64,000 nt of DNA, from positions 138,508,001-138,572,000 of the forward strand of contig CM059429.1 in NCBI GenBank assembly GCA_030390025.1, given 5' to 3'. Positions 26,100-38,888 of this stretch are shown piece after piece (within the stretch, counting starts at the first letter, position 1; every line of letters begins with the position of its first letter). The position numbers were made by a program, and so were the translations under genes. The notes beneath the pieces are model-generated. The model made no database searches. It saw only the letters and a list, made by a program, of their open reading frames with translations, and had not been told where the DNA came from. This stretch comes from Squalus acanthias (lineage: Eukaryota).

Positions 26100-26184
26100 C
26101 AAACTCCGCAGTGAGCTCCCAGCTTGTGTGTTGCTGTTTGTGCCGAGCGGAGGATTGTCCAGTGTTCCGAGATTGATCAGTAAT
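26100..26184 (+). other. Candidate non-coding first exon 1b (start approximate)
   Basis: Duplicate of exon 1a with a short internal deletion; donor-like AAT|GTACGT (GT at 26185-26186). Confidence 0.45.
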
Positions 26185-26694
26185 GTACGTTTGTATTCAA
26201 TGTTTTTCAGTAATTCTAGTTGAATACAAATGTGATCTGTTTATTGATATGAAACAGTCCGTCAAGCAGAATAACTTTATTTGATTGTGCGTGGTGACGT
26301 TATGCATATAGAACTATCTATATAGTTAATGCGAATTAATATATTTATTAAGAAACTATTTAATTGTGAATAGAAGAAACATGTTGAAGGCAATTTAGAA
26401 CCTCCCGAAGAATGCGTCATGGCAGTGGAAGGCCTTATATAGGATTTAAAGCCTGGGAACAGGCCCTTCGGCCCAAGCAATCCATGTTGGTGTTTCTGCC
26501 CCACAGGCCCAGTGGTCTTAATCCCTTGTGCAGTCTGTTTCTGCCGATTCTGTTCCATCCCTTAATAACTTTAAGACCCAAAATCAAATCCCAGTGTAAT
26601 AAACCCTTTCATAATCTTCAAGACCTCTTATCAGACCACCCCTCACCTTTTTTTCTAGAGAAAAGAGCCCCAGCCTGTTCAATCTTTCCTGATA

Positions 26695-27071
26695 CTCAGT
26701 GTGTGCAAAGAGGTGAAGCAGTGTGGTGGTGGGGGTGGAGAAGGGGCGGATCAGTGTGTGTAGGGCGAGGGGCGGGTGAGTGTGTGTGTGGGGACGGGCA
26801 GGTCAGTGTGTGGGTGGAGAGTTGGATTAGTGTGGGGGAGGAGGGGCGGGTCAGTGTGTGTGGGGGGACGGGCAGGTCAGTGTGGGTGGAGAGTTGGATT
26901 AGTGTGGGGGAGGAGGGGCGGGTCAGTGTGTGTGGGGGGACGGGCAGGTCAGTGTGTGGGTGGAGAGTTGGATTAGTGTGGGGGAGGAGGGGCAGGTCAG
27001 TGTGGGTGGAGAGTTGGATTAGTGTGGGGGAGGAGGGGCGGGTCAGTGTGTGTGGGGGGAGAGGTGCAGGC

Positions 27072-27116
<45 letters not shown>

Positions 27117-27200
27117 GGGGGGGGGGCAGGTCAAAGTGTTGGGTGGAGGGGCAGGTCAATGTGTGGTGTTGGGGTTGGTCCGTATGGGGGGTAGGGTGGG
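26695..27200. repeat. GT/G-rich compound minisatellite including (GT)n at ~27074-27113
   Basis: Repeated GTCAGTGTG(TG)GGTGGAGAGTTGGATTAGTGTGGGGGAGGAGGGGC units. Confidence 0.9.
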
Positions 27201-27659
27201 ACAGTTCAGCGCAGGACTGGCTCTCCACAAAGGGCACGGGATTGTTTGGGATTCTCACAGAAAAAGGGGGTGCTGATAATACAGTGTTATTCATGGGGGG
27301 GACTTGGGAAATCTCACCATTTCCCATATAGCCAGTTCTCCCCTGTTTGTATTTCCTCCTACCTGACAGCATCATAGTGAATCTGTGCTGTGCCCTCTCT
27401 ACTGCCTCAACATCCTTTCAGTAGTTTGGAGCTCAAAACCATACACAGTACTCCAACTGTGGTCTGATTAAGGTTTTGTATAGATTCACCATTAAACCCT
27501 GATTTCTATATACCTGTAACTATTGCCATAAAACCCAGGATTCCATTAACTTTTTTGTGGCCATATCCACTTGAGGTGCTGCTTTTAATGTCTTGTGAAC
27601 CTGAACCGTAAATCCACATCACCCAGCTTTCCCCAGTTCAAAGTAGCATGAACAGAGAG

Positions 27660-28325
27660 TTCTAGAGGTGTATATGTGAACAAATCGTTGAAGGTGGCAG
27701 GGCAGGTTGAGAAAGCGGTTAAAAAAGCTAATGGGATCCTGGGCTATATGAATAGAGGTATAGAGTACAAAAGCGTGGAAATTATGATGAACCTTTATAA
27801 AACACTGGTTCGACCTCAACTGGAGTATTGTGTCCAATTCTGGGCACCGCACTTTAGGAAAGATGTGAAAGCCTTGGAGAGGATGCAGAAAAGATTTACA
27901 AGAATGATTCCAGGAATGAGTGACTTCAGTTACGTGGATAGACTGGAGAGGCTGGGGTTGTTCTCCTTAGAGCAGAGAAGATTGAGAGGAGATTTGATCG
28001 AGGTGATCAGAATCATGAGGGGTCTAGACAGAGTAGTTAGAGAGAAACTGTTCCAATTGGCAGAAAGGTCAAGAACCAGAGGAAACCGATTTAAGGTGAT
28101 TGGCAGAAGAGGAAAAACCTTTTTACTCAGCGAGTGGTTAGGATCTGGAATGCACTGCCTGAAAGGGTGGTGGAGGCAGACTCAATCACGGCTTTCAAAA
28201 GGGAGTTGAATAAGTACCTGAAGGAAAAAAAATTGCAGGCTACGGGGAAAGGGCTGAAGTGCTCTTGCAGAGAGCCGGCACGGGCTCGAATGGCCGCCTT
28301 TTGTGCTGTAACTATTCTATGATTA
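27660..28325 (+). mobile_element. CR1 LINE 3' end inserted into an older minus-strand CR1 (~27370-28640)
   Basis: KKANGILGY..LVRPQLEYCVQFWAPH..RLRGDLIEV peptide and ATTCTATGATT tail. Confidence 0.85.
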
Positions 28326-28660
28326 TTACTTTTCTTTATGAAAATGTACCACTTCACATTTGTTGACACTGAATTCCATCTGCCACTATTTTGCACATTG
28401 CACCATCTTTTCAGTATGTTCTTGTAGCTTCCTTTGGTCCTCAGAAATATTTTCTGTGCCTCCTATTTTAATATCATCTGCAAATTTGGACAACACTCCC
28501 TCCAGTTCTATATCCGAATCATTGATGTACAAGTGAGCATAAGCGGTGGCATAACTGAACCCTGTGGGGCATCATTACCCACTTCCAACCATTTGGAAAC
28601 TGCCCTTAACTCTTACTCTCAGTTTCCTCCCTTCTAACCAGTCATTCATTCTTTTTCAGG

Positions 28661-28709
28661 ATGCCGTCACTGCGCTGTCTGGTACTTTGCTTGCTGTTTA
28701 TTCATGGTG
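28661..28709 (+). CDS. B7/butyrophilin-like Ig gene, signal-peptide exon (MPSLRCLVLCLLFIHG, phase 1)
   Basis: Acceptor TTCTTTTTCAG before 28660, donor G|GTAAGT at 28710, hydrophobic leader; phase matches the IgV exon. Confidence 0.8.
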
Positions 28710-30479
28710 GTAAGTTCTTTTCCTTCCTTTGCGGGATTTTTAAAAATAATTCATTTGAGCATTTAAAGCCCATGAATAAACTTAAATGAAGATTAAATGC
28801 AAATATCAATGTAACAGATACTGGATACATAAATAATATGAAATTTAATTTCCCCTTTGTTCAAACAAGTATCCACTTTTATTTTCTCCTTAATTGTGAC
28901 TTGATAACAAGAAGCCGAGTGTGGTGGATTTTAGAGGCGTGATTTCATACAATGTGATTTTTTTTTTAGTGGGACCAACAATCGTGGCTCGCCTGTATTG
29001 ATGAAGCTTTAATTCTTCTCAAGCAAAAAATGACCCACTTAACTGATGCATTTGATGAAATATTTGGTTATCCAACTGTGGTGTATGCAATTTTTTGTGA
29101 AAAGTTTGAGCAGGAGGTTCAAAAAGCTCAAGAACAATCCTGTCCAAACCCCCAAGCCCATGAAAGCCAAACAAAACAAACCAGCAACTAACAAGTACAA
29201 GTGCAAATAAAACAAAGTTCTTGTCTTTCATGAGCTGGATGCCATGTGCTGCAGAGCACGTGGCTCATGGGCCATAGCTTGCACGCTCTTCTTCGACAAT
29301 CTCAATATTAAATGTGCGAGCAATGCTTACACCATAATAAATTGGATTTGGGAACAGGTGCCTGAAAATATGCTGATTTCATTTGCGAGAAGTGGATATT
29401 TTAGCGGACAAAGAGTGTGGCAGGAAGTTAGCAAAATGAGTATGGAGTCTTCAATTAGGAACATGAAAGAAAATTTGTGACATAAAATACTGTGCACAAG
29501 TAAATGTGATACCACCAACCAGTGGGAGATACTATTACATACGATACCCTTGTTCCCTTTCCTTGTTCACTGCCCTTAATAAGCCACATAGGCTCCCAGT
29601 TGCTATGGTTAATGGTGCACCTCACAGTCTGGGGTTCACGTTCTGCCGTGCTGTGGTGTAAAGCTACCCCACCAGGGATGTTCTGCTGCCAATCTGGCAG
29701 GACACTGGGCAGAATGAAACGGAGAGGAAATATTCAAAGATTACCAGCTTTTTAATCAGTGCAGAAATGCAAAGAAAAGAAATGATTAAGAACGTAGATA
29801 TCTACCAATCTAAATTTATCTCTGATAAAATTTACTGCAAAGCTGCCACCATAACTTATTAGTTACTGAGTCATGGTTGAGAAGTTGAAAGTTTCTGGAG
29901 AAGGAATTGATTGATTATTGTATAAATTATTGCTCAGACTTGCTTTCCTCAACTGAAATGCTAAATATAACCAAACTTGGTTGAAACAGCACTCACAAAA
30001 TTAAAAATTCTTAAGTGGACTTAAATTACATTTAATTTAAGAAAGGAAGGGCAGAATTCAAAGATGACTTTAAAGGGTACGTTTTCCATGTGCTCTTGGC
30101 ACAGAGGCTAACCCGCCAGCAGCACATGTTGTGAAATCAGGTACATAGCCCATGATTGTCTATTCGTTTTAATGGATGGAAAATTCATGGGCTGTGCATA
30201 CACGATTTCATGGTATGTACCAGGAGCATGCAATCTCAAAATCTACACCCAAAAGAAACACATTTCCATTCAGCCCCACCAACAAAACATTAGCTAGACT
30301 AACCAATGAGTAGAAGAGCCTTTGTATAGTGTTGCAGATTTCTGTCGGACTGGATGTTATCTGCTGCTGCTTAAAATCAATCAGCAAAAACAATCTGAAT
30401 TCAGAGAAATCCATCGATTTTGGATACAAGTAATGCACCTGACAGAATAAATCTTGGATATTTGCTAACTGTCTGCTGC

Positions 30480-30600
30480 GGTATTCAGCGTTGGCTCAGG
30501 GTAACATTCTCGCCTCATTGTCACATGTCTCTAGGATTTGAGCACATATCCTAGACTGACACTTCAGTGCAGTATTGAGGAGTACTGCATTATCAGGGAT
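30480..30600 (+). mobile_element. SacSINE1-like 5' fragment
   Basis: tRNA-like head TGGCTCAG.GGT followed by CTGACACTTCAGTGCAGTATTGAGGAGTACTGCA. Confidence 0.5.
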
Positions 30601-31954
30601 CCTGGTGGCAATCTTGGATTCCGCCCAAAACAGTGGTGAAGTCGATGGAGTGGCCGCACTGCCCACCCAAAGCTGGCGTCGGAAAGCCCAAACTGGTTTC
30701 GGATTGGGTTCCATTTAAATGTCGCCAGTGAGTTGCGGGCACCAAATATTCAGTCAGATAAAAAAAGATTTCAGTGGCTTCATGTATAGCTGTCAGACTG
30801 TGCTGTTTGTGGTTTTCTAGTCTATTTTCAGCATAGGGCCAAATCACACTTGGTAGAAACCTAGGAAACAATTTGAATTTAAAATGACCTTCCTATCGTA
30901 TTCCTATTTTGTTGTTGGTTTTGTTATTGGATCTTAAAAAGTCACATTGGTCAGTGTAGAACAGCAGACCTATGCTGACAATAGACTAGAAAATAAATTA
31001 AGTGAAGATATTGGGCTGTTACAACCACAAACAGCACAGTCTGACAATATCAGAGAGGTAGGACGTCAGTTTATGATTTTGTACAGTGAGGGGCATAGCA
31101 AAGTGGAGGCCAGTTGTTTCCTCTCCGATGAATAGCCACCTAGTGCTCTTATTTCTGATCGAACAGTCAGATCCAGAAGATAAGGTCTGGGAACAATGCA
31201 TCCCACAAAGGATGAAAAATGAGGGGAGAAAATCAAAGTTAAAAAGGAGCCATGCCACTCCTTGTTGTTTGTTACACTATGGAATGTAGGGGAACCGGGT
31301 TGGCAGCCAGTTAAATTGGAGTGGGGGACTTACCCACTCTGTTCCCGCACTCTGGCCCACTGCAATTTTAAATGGCAAGTGGCAAGGACACCCGCTCAAA
31401 GCCAGCAGGGTCCTTTTTAAATAAGCAGATTGGGCTCCGATGATGTCATTGGGGCCCAGCTGCTATTTTTACCTGAGGCCTGAACAGGGGAGCAGTGGTG
31501 ACTTCCCCGCCAGGCACAGGAACAAGGGCCGGATGAGACCTGTCCTGTGAATTTGTCTTTCAAGTGGACTTTTGTGTCTTACTGAAAACCTCTAAATGTA
31601 AATTCAGGTGAAACACTGGGGTGTTACAGCTCCAGAAACAACAAATTAGACATGAAGATATTGGAAATTTACAGTAGGCTCAGATTTTTATAAAAATATT
31701 CAGGTACTTACCAACAATTTACAAAAGCTGGGAAATTCCTCGGCGCTCATCCTACTCTGTTGCTGTGCCTTCACCAAAAGTGAGGTGGAAACCAGCTCTG
31801 AGGAATTTCCCGGCCATAATCTACCCATTTTATGATACTTGTTTTGTAAACGATAGAAAAACTAATCTGGACAGAAGTTAATATTAATATATATTTATAT
31901 GAATATTTGTTGAAGGTTTTATTTGTAACTGCATTATTTCCATTCCTTATTCAG

Positions 31955-32296
31955 AAACGTTAACTGTTTCCTCTGATCAGACCACTGCTGCAGAGATTGG
32001 CCAACCTGTCACCCTCAAGTGTACATTTGACAGCGTTCGCGACAGTAATCCTACAGTGGTCTGGGAGAAGAAAGGTGTGGAGGGAACCGTGCACAAGTAC
32101 AAGGGAAATGAGCATGACTTCAGCAAACAGCATGTCAACTACACGGGAAGAACTGTAGTTGATGGAAACTCAATCAACAAAGGAGACGCAGCCCTTACAC
32201 TGAAGAATGTTAACATCTGGGATGAAGGAACTTACAAGTGCAGTGTCAGCGCTAGCAATGGATACGATGCAGCATCTGTGAATCTGAAGGTTTGGG
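31955..32296 (+). CDS. B7/butyrophilin-like Ig gene, IgV-set exon
   Basis: 342 nt, phase 1-1, CAG|...G|GTATGT. Peptide ETLTVSS..VTLKCTF..VVWEK..VHKY..YTGRT..GDAALTLKNVNIWDEGTYKCSV..VNLKVW has the canonical C-W-DxGxYxC V-set signature and the B7/BTN GDAALxL motif. Confidence 0.92.
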
Positions 32297-33399
32297 GTAT
32301 GTCAGCTGTCCTGTTCTCTGTCTGCAGTCAGGGTCAAGTGTAGCTCGGTTTCATTTCTTTTATTATGACATACATTTCCAATGGCACCAGAGAAAAGAAC
32401 AATTTTCATTTCATTTACTTGTTAACAAAGTTTGTTATAGAAAGACAATAATAATGGCTTCTCACATGGAACGTTGAGCTATACAGCAATGAGAATATAC
32501 GCCATGAATTTCTATGGGGTTCTCCTGATCTCCTGCGGTAAGAGCGGCGATTATGCTATGTTTCCACCGAAGCTGCATCGGGAGATCGGGACACCGCTGC
32601 TGAAATTCTACCCCATAGTGTTTAGATGATGCAATTGTCAAACTTTAGCCCGTGCAGAGGTAGGGATTCGAACAATAACACAACTCTGTAATGATGATGA
32701 TAAATGTATCCCTGATCCATTTGCAGCATTGCCTCAGGAGAGAAGCATTGTAAATACGGGGTGGGGTAGGGGGGGTAGAATTTATGCTGGGGTTCTCCTG
32801 ATCTTCTGTTTCGGTGAACGCTCAGCGGAAACCCCAGAGAAATGACATAAATGGCAATTCTACTGCAAATGGAAAAATACTTCGAAATAATTCTGAAAAG
32901 AGAAAAGACAGAACAATGTTTTGGCCAGGGTGCTTCTCCAGATTTGGTAAATGAAAGATAAACATTTTAATTGAACTGAATAAAGGGGAGGGGCAGACAA
33001 AACCAAACCAATGGATACTTCAGCATAGAGAGGACATCATTGGTTGCTGGCCTATAATTTGCATGAAAGAAAAGCAGGGGATTGGTAGCTGATGTAAAAG
33101 ATCATGTTAGTCAGTCAATAGACCAAAACATTAAGGATGTGTTTATTCACAACACCGAAAGCTCTGATTGGTCCCCTTAGATAACAAGTCCTGATTGCTG
33201 ATTGGGACAAGACATACCCAGCAGTTTCTCTGGAATGTGAAATTAGATCCTCCCTGCCTACGTAATCAGTTACTTTACAAACTGTAATTCGAGCCATTCT
33301 GACTGCCTACTCCAGACAGAACAGAGCTCACTTGGAACAGACAGGGCTCACCCTCGCGGGTTAACACCTTCTCCACCCCACAAACAAGCTCCTGCCTCC

Positions 33400-33825
33400 C
33401 GCCCACGTTCCTGACCTACTGCCCCCCCCCCCCCCCCCCCAGTCCAAGTTCCTGACCTACTACCCCCCCCCCCCCAGCCCAAGTTCCTGACCTACTACCC
33501 CCCCCCCCCCAGCCCAAGTTCCTGACCTACTACCCCCCGCGCCCCCCCCCAGCCCAAGTTCCTGACCTACTACCCCCCCCCCCAGCCCAAGTTCCTGACC
33601 TACTGCCCCCCCCGCCCCCCCCAGCCCAAGTTCCTGACCTACTGCCCCCCCCCCAGCCCAAGTTCCTGACCTACTACCCCCCCCCAGCCCAAGTTCCTGA
33701 CCTACTACCCCCCCCCAGCCCAAGTTCCTGACCTACTACCCCCCCCAGCCCAAGTTCCTGACCTACTACCCCCCCCCCAGCCCAAGTTCCTGACCTACTA
33801 CCCCCCCAGCCCAAGTTCCTGACCC
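33400..33825. repeat. ~30-bp C-rich minisatellite (CCCAGCCCAAGTTCCTGACCTACTACCCCC)n
   Basis: Directly visible; long G-tracts on the minus strand. Confidence 0.95.
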
Positions 33826-34595
33826 CTCTCCCTCTCCGATTCCCCCTCTCTCTCCGATTCCACTCTTTCTCCCCCCCTCCGATTCCCTCTTCTCCCCCCT
33901 CTCCAATTCTCTCTCTCTCCAATTCCCTCTTCTCCCCCTCTCTCCAATTCTCCCCCTCCCTCCGATTCCCTCTCCCCTCCCTCCGATTCCCTCTCTCCTC
34001 TTCCTCTGATTCCCTCTTTCTCCCCCACTCTCTCCCTCTGATTCCCTCTCTCCCCCACTCTCTCCCCCTCTGATTCTCCCTCCGGATTCCCCCTCTCTCC
34101 CTCCCGGATTCCCCCTCCGATTCCTTCTCTCTTCCTCCGATTTCCCCCTCTGTCTCCCTCCGATTTCCCCCTCTGTCCCCTCTTTCTTCCTCCGATTCCT
34201 TCTCTCTCCCCCTCTCTCCCTCCGATTCCCCCCTCTCTCTCTCCCCCCTCTCCCTCCGGATTCCCCCTCCGATTCCTTCTCTCTTCCTCCGATTTCCCCT
34301 CTGTCCCCCTCTTTCTTCCTCCGATTCCTTCTCTCTCCCCCTCTCTCCCTCCGATTCCCCTCTCTCCCTCCGATTCCCCCCTCTCTCCCCCCTCTCCCTC
34401 CGATTCCTTCTCTCTCCCTCCGATTCCTTCTCTCTCCCCCCGATTCCCCCTCTCTCCCTCCGATTCCTTCTCTCTCCCCCACTCTCTCCCTCTGATTCCC
34501 TCTCTCTTCCTCCGATTTCCTCTCTCTCCCCCCTCTCTGATTCCTTCTCTCTCCCCCTCTCCGATTCCCTCTGATTCCTTCTCTCTCCCCCACCC
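33826..34595. repeat. Polypyrimidine low-complexity repeat (CCGATTCCCTCTCTC-like)
   Basis: Directly visible. Confidence 0.9.
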
Positions 34596-35368
34596 TGAAG
34601 TGGCGAGGATCGCACCTGTCAAGGTGCTTGCCTAATTTTTGGTCCATTTAAATTAATAGAAGGAAAATCACAATGGCTCCCTCACAGGTGTGCCATTCTC
34701 CCTACCTGATTTTCTTTTCCGCACTGCGTCCAGGCAAATTTAATACCTCAGGAACAGGAAAATCTGCCAAATGGTCCTTTAAAATCAACATAAAAAGAAA
34801 AAGTGACATTTTATGGATTTATTCAAATTAGAAACGTCATGAAAAAGAAACACAAGAAAACAATGGCCGGAATTTTCATGCTGCCGTGCATGCGGGATTG
34901 GAGGCGGGTCAGGAGTAAAATTTGCAATAAATGGGAGCATGTCGGGACCCTGACATCATCCCGCCTCCTCGCGACTTGATCTCAGGCGTGTTTGCTGGCG
35001 TGGCACGGACCAGAACGGCAGAGGCGGGCAACCTAATTTAACTCATTAATACCTTGTTGTCAGACCCTTAACTGTTTTTAACCAGACCTTTTAAATTTAA
35101 CTGCATGACCAGGGGAATCGCGCAGCTTGTGAACCATGTCTGTCAACCTGAGGAGGACGTTCAGTGACCATTGATCGAGGTCATTACTGCAGAGCATGGA
35201 AAGCACAATAAATACTGCCACTGCTTACTTGCCTAAAGGAAAGGCTCTTGCTGAGTGTATTTTGAGCACAGATTTTGCAAGTCTTTTCTGCAAATTCAGA
35301 AGCCACTCTCACCGCATTACTCCTAACTATCACTGATCTCTACTTGACCTGCCATCTATTACATCAGC

Positions 35369-36575
35369 ATGGGTGCCGTTTGTACTGTCTCACCTTGGTC
35401 CTCAGAATCGGACCAGGATGAGCTCCAACACCAGCAGCAGCAACCGCAACAGCACCAACAACCTTCTCCTCAATGACCTGATGCTCCACAGGACAGAGGG
35501 TATCAGCACAGGGCTGCACCGCGCAGGAGGCGATATCCCCAATACAGGGTATACCGGCAGAGGATGAGCTTCCTCAACATGACTGAGCAGCAGTGCCAAA
35601 GGAGGCTCAGGCTATCGTGCCAGGTCATTGCAGGCATTTGCAGGTTGCTGGAACAAGACTTGCAGCCCAAAGGACCTGGTAGACGCACCTTACCAGTGGT
35701 TGACAAAGTCACCACCGCCCTCAACTCCTTTGCCTCGGGCTTCTTCCAGGGATCTGCAGCAGACATTTGTGGCATGTCGCAGTCGGCCGCCCACAGATGC
35801 TTCACCCAGGTCACCGATGCCATGTTTGACAAGTCAGCCAATTATATCAACTTTGCCACTGATGAAGCCAGAGTTACTGAGCGGGCGCTCGGCTTTGTGG
35901 CTCTGGCTGGCTTCCCACGGGTGCAGGGCGTCATCGACTGCACACGTGGCCATCAGGGCACCCCATCATCACCCAGGAGTGTTTGTAAACCGCAAGGGCT
36001 TCCACTCCGTCAATGTGCAGCTGGTCTGCAACCAAAGGTAGATTCTCATGCATGTGTGCGCCAGATTCCCTAGCAACTGTCTTGACTCTTTCGTCTTGCG
36101 CCAGGCCATCCTCCCTCAGCTCTTCACTCCACAAAATACACTTGCTGGCTGCTTGGAGATGAGGGCTATCCACTGAAGACGTGGCTCATGACACCCTTGA
36201 GGAGGCCAAGTACTGAGGCCGAGAATAAATATAATGAAAGCCACATGTCCACCCGATGTGTCATAGAGCAGACAATAGGCATGCTGAAAATGCGCTTCAG
36301 ATGCCTTGACAGATCTGGAGGAGCCCTTCAGTACACACCAGCCAGGGTCTCCAGAATCGTCGTTGTCTGCTGTGCGCTGCACAACATAGCGCAGCAGCGA
36401 GGATTAGCGCTGCATGAGGAGCAAGGCGCAGAGCGCACAGCCTCTTCGGAGGAGGAGAAAGAAGAGGAGCCTCAGCTGGAAGATGAGGAGGAGCAGGAGG
36501 AACCTGAGGTCCAGATGCCAGCAGCACCCGAGCACGTTGCTGCCGGGAGGCCAGGAATGGCCTCATTGTGGCCAG
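35369..36575 (+). pseudogene. Harbinger DDE transposase (HARBI1-like), with stop and frameshifts
   Basis: [48 protein letters not shown] and CCALHN motifs are split over frames. Confidence 0.9.
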
Positions 36576-36818
36576 ATTTACTTAAGTTCCTGCATTACAC
36601 CTATATGGCTGCCACATGCTGCGCCAGGTTCTCCACCCGTCCCCCCCGACCACAACAATACCATAAAGCATCCCTACAATGACCAAGCCATTCCTTTCAC
36701 ACTGACCCCCATTGCTGGAGGTAACGTTATGTCTCACCATTCACTGCAACTCACTAAACCACTTCTAAAGTAGGAGACATAAATGGGCATGACCTGAAAG
36801 TGGTGAAAATAAATAGTT

Positions 36819-38310
36819 TTATAAGTGACGGAACTTTAACAAAAACACTTCTTTAAACATCCATGTGCTTACCCTTGCGCTCTTCATAGATAGCATGTGC
36901 TCATGTGAGTGGCGCATTAGCTGCTCCACGCAGGTGACCATCCTTTTCATGGAAGAGCCTACAGTCGCCATCGCCTGCGACACGATGATGCTCATGTTGG
37001 AGATGGACTCCTCCATTCGCTGCACATTTTCAGATATTGCAGCCGCAAAACCTGTCAGAGCCTCCTGCACTTTTTCCTGCACCTCCAGGATCGCCCTCTT
37101 TCTCGATGGCCCCCGAGGCTGAGCGTCTGTATGCTGCTGAGCAGAGCTGGGAGCGTCCTGCGCCCTGCAGCAAGGAGTCTCTACTGCTCTCCATCTCCAT
37201 CATCTCCTCTTGCTCACTTGTGACTTGAGACACCAGGTGACAACACTACTCTGTCGCGTAGGACCCACCAAGTGCACGTATCTGCGCTGGTGCTGGGTGC
37301 GCTTGGTCTGGTGACGGTGCACCCTCAGAGGCTGGAGGCTCCTCTGAGGAGTTGTCTTCCTCTTCCACCTGGACAGTGGGGGGGGGGTGGTGGGTGGTAG
37401 GGGAGAGTAAAGAGATGATTTAGATATGATTTATTAAGAATGGCTAACGATACCATTATGCACATGAACATTCTCTGGCTGCTGATATCAGTCCCCATAT
37501 GAGTGACTGCTGTATGCCATGTGGCTGTATGAGATGTAATTCTGTCACCAGGTTGCTGCAAGGTCCCCCTCTCTCCATCTCCCACTGCCAGCTGCTCTGC
37601 AACTCCTGAGACCTCCAGGGTGGCCTCCTCTGCTGCTGTCAAAGTGGCGAAGGATGGAGGGCCACCTCTGGTTCTCTCTCTCTCTCTCCCTGTTATTGTG
37701 CGCGCGTTTCTCCTACAAGGATGGAAAGAAGAAAAGTTTGAGTGAGAGTGATGGCATGAGTGTAAGGAGTGTGTGGGTTGCATCTTTAGAAGGAGACTAT
37801 GATGGAGTGGGGTGCCAATGCCAAAGTGCCTCCTTGTGTGTTGTTAGTTGGTATGATTGCATTAGGATGAGGGTGAGTGTGAGGGGTGGTTAGTCAGAGG
37901 GGGATGTGAGTATGTAGATAGAGAGAGAGGGATGGGTGGACATGCAAAGGTATGTTGGTGTGAGGAATGATGCGCAGGAGTAGGATTGGGAAGGCAGAGT
38001 GATGGGGATGCGGTGACAGGCACAGCAGGATGAAGTTGAGTGTGGATTTGCACTCACCTTTCCTGATCTCATGAGATCACTGAAGCGCTTCCGGCACTGC
38101 ACCCAGGTCCTCCTCACCACATCTCTGCTGTTCACCTCCTCTGCAATTTGGAGTCAGGCTCTTTTTGTCTCTTGGGGAGGTCTCTTGCGTCCATCAGCAG
38201 GAAAGAGGACCTCCCTGTGTGCTCTGACTCCCTCCACAAGAATATGTAGTGAGTCATCAGAAAACCCTGGGTGCAGCCCTCTGTCTCTGTGAAGCCATCT
38301 CTGCAAGGCT
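36819..38310 (-). pseudogene. Harbinger Myb/SANT-like DNA-binding protein gene (spliced)
   Basis: NSRDVVRRTWVQCRKRFSDLMRSGK, RERERTRGGPP and a C-terminal coiled-coil-like segment. Confidence 0.8.
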
Positions 38311-38888
38311 GAGCAATAACCCGCACACCCCTAGATGAACCTTCAAATGCAATGTGGCCAAGTCTGTTTTAAATATCCCCGCTGCAAATGAGTCCATCGA
38401 TGACGTCATCGGACCCGCACTATTTAATAGAGCTGGGAAACACGCAGGCCTGCCTTAATAGGCGCCATTAATGGAAAGTCGATCTGAGGAGCAGGATGAA
38501 AAGAACGGGGTTCCGACCCGCAACAGCGACCGCCCGCACCCGACCCGTCTAGGTAATGAAAATTCCGGCCAATATGTTTACAAAGAACTTGGCTCATCAG
38601 GTCTATCTGTCAATACAATCATCTACATACCTTTATGCTGGAATTAGGAGCTTTAGATTAAATAAAGCACTCAACTCACTCCTTGTACTTCCATTGGGGC
38701 TTTTTTGCTCTGAAGTAAACACCATTACATTATTGGCTGTGCTATAGAGAATCTCTTAATTATCAGCTATTATGAAAAATGTGATGTTCTATAACGGGGT
38801 TGCATGCACATTCTTAGCTATATGGTGCCCTATCTAATGACATGCTAAAGTTCAGTGACTATAATTCATATTTTTTTCTTTGCAAAAG

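Larger units (their letters stand above)
22125..26693. repeat. Tandem segmental duplication, copy 2 (internally deleted)
   Basis: Matches copy 1 blocks; lacks equivalents of ~11735-12945, ~12980-14893 and ~16620-20001. Confidence 0.9.
34865..38570 (+). mobile_element. Full-length PIF/Harbinger DNA transposon (3706 bp) in the IgV-IgC intron
   Basis: Perfect 15-bp TIR GGCCGGAATTTTCAT/ATGAAAATTCCGGCC, 3-bp TSD AAT, convergent transposase and Myb/SANT genes. Confidence 0.95.

Noticed and set aside
26412-27375. 260-aa and overlapping ORFs
   Set aside because: CR1 scraps plus GT-rich minisatellite; no domain signature.
28960-29480. Possible pogo/Tigger transposase remnant (INWIWEQVPENMLISF)
   Set aside because: Too degenerate to support without a profile search.
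33460-34647. Long G/E/R-rich minus-strand ORFs
   Set aside because: Low-complexity repeat artefacts.
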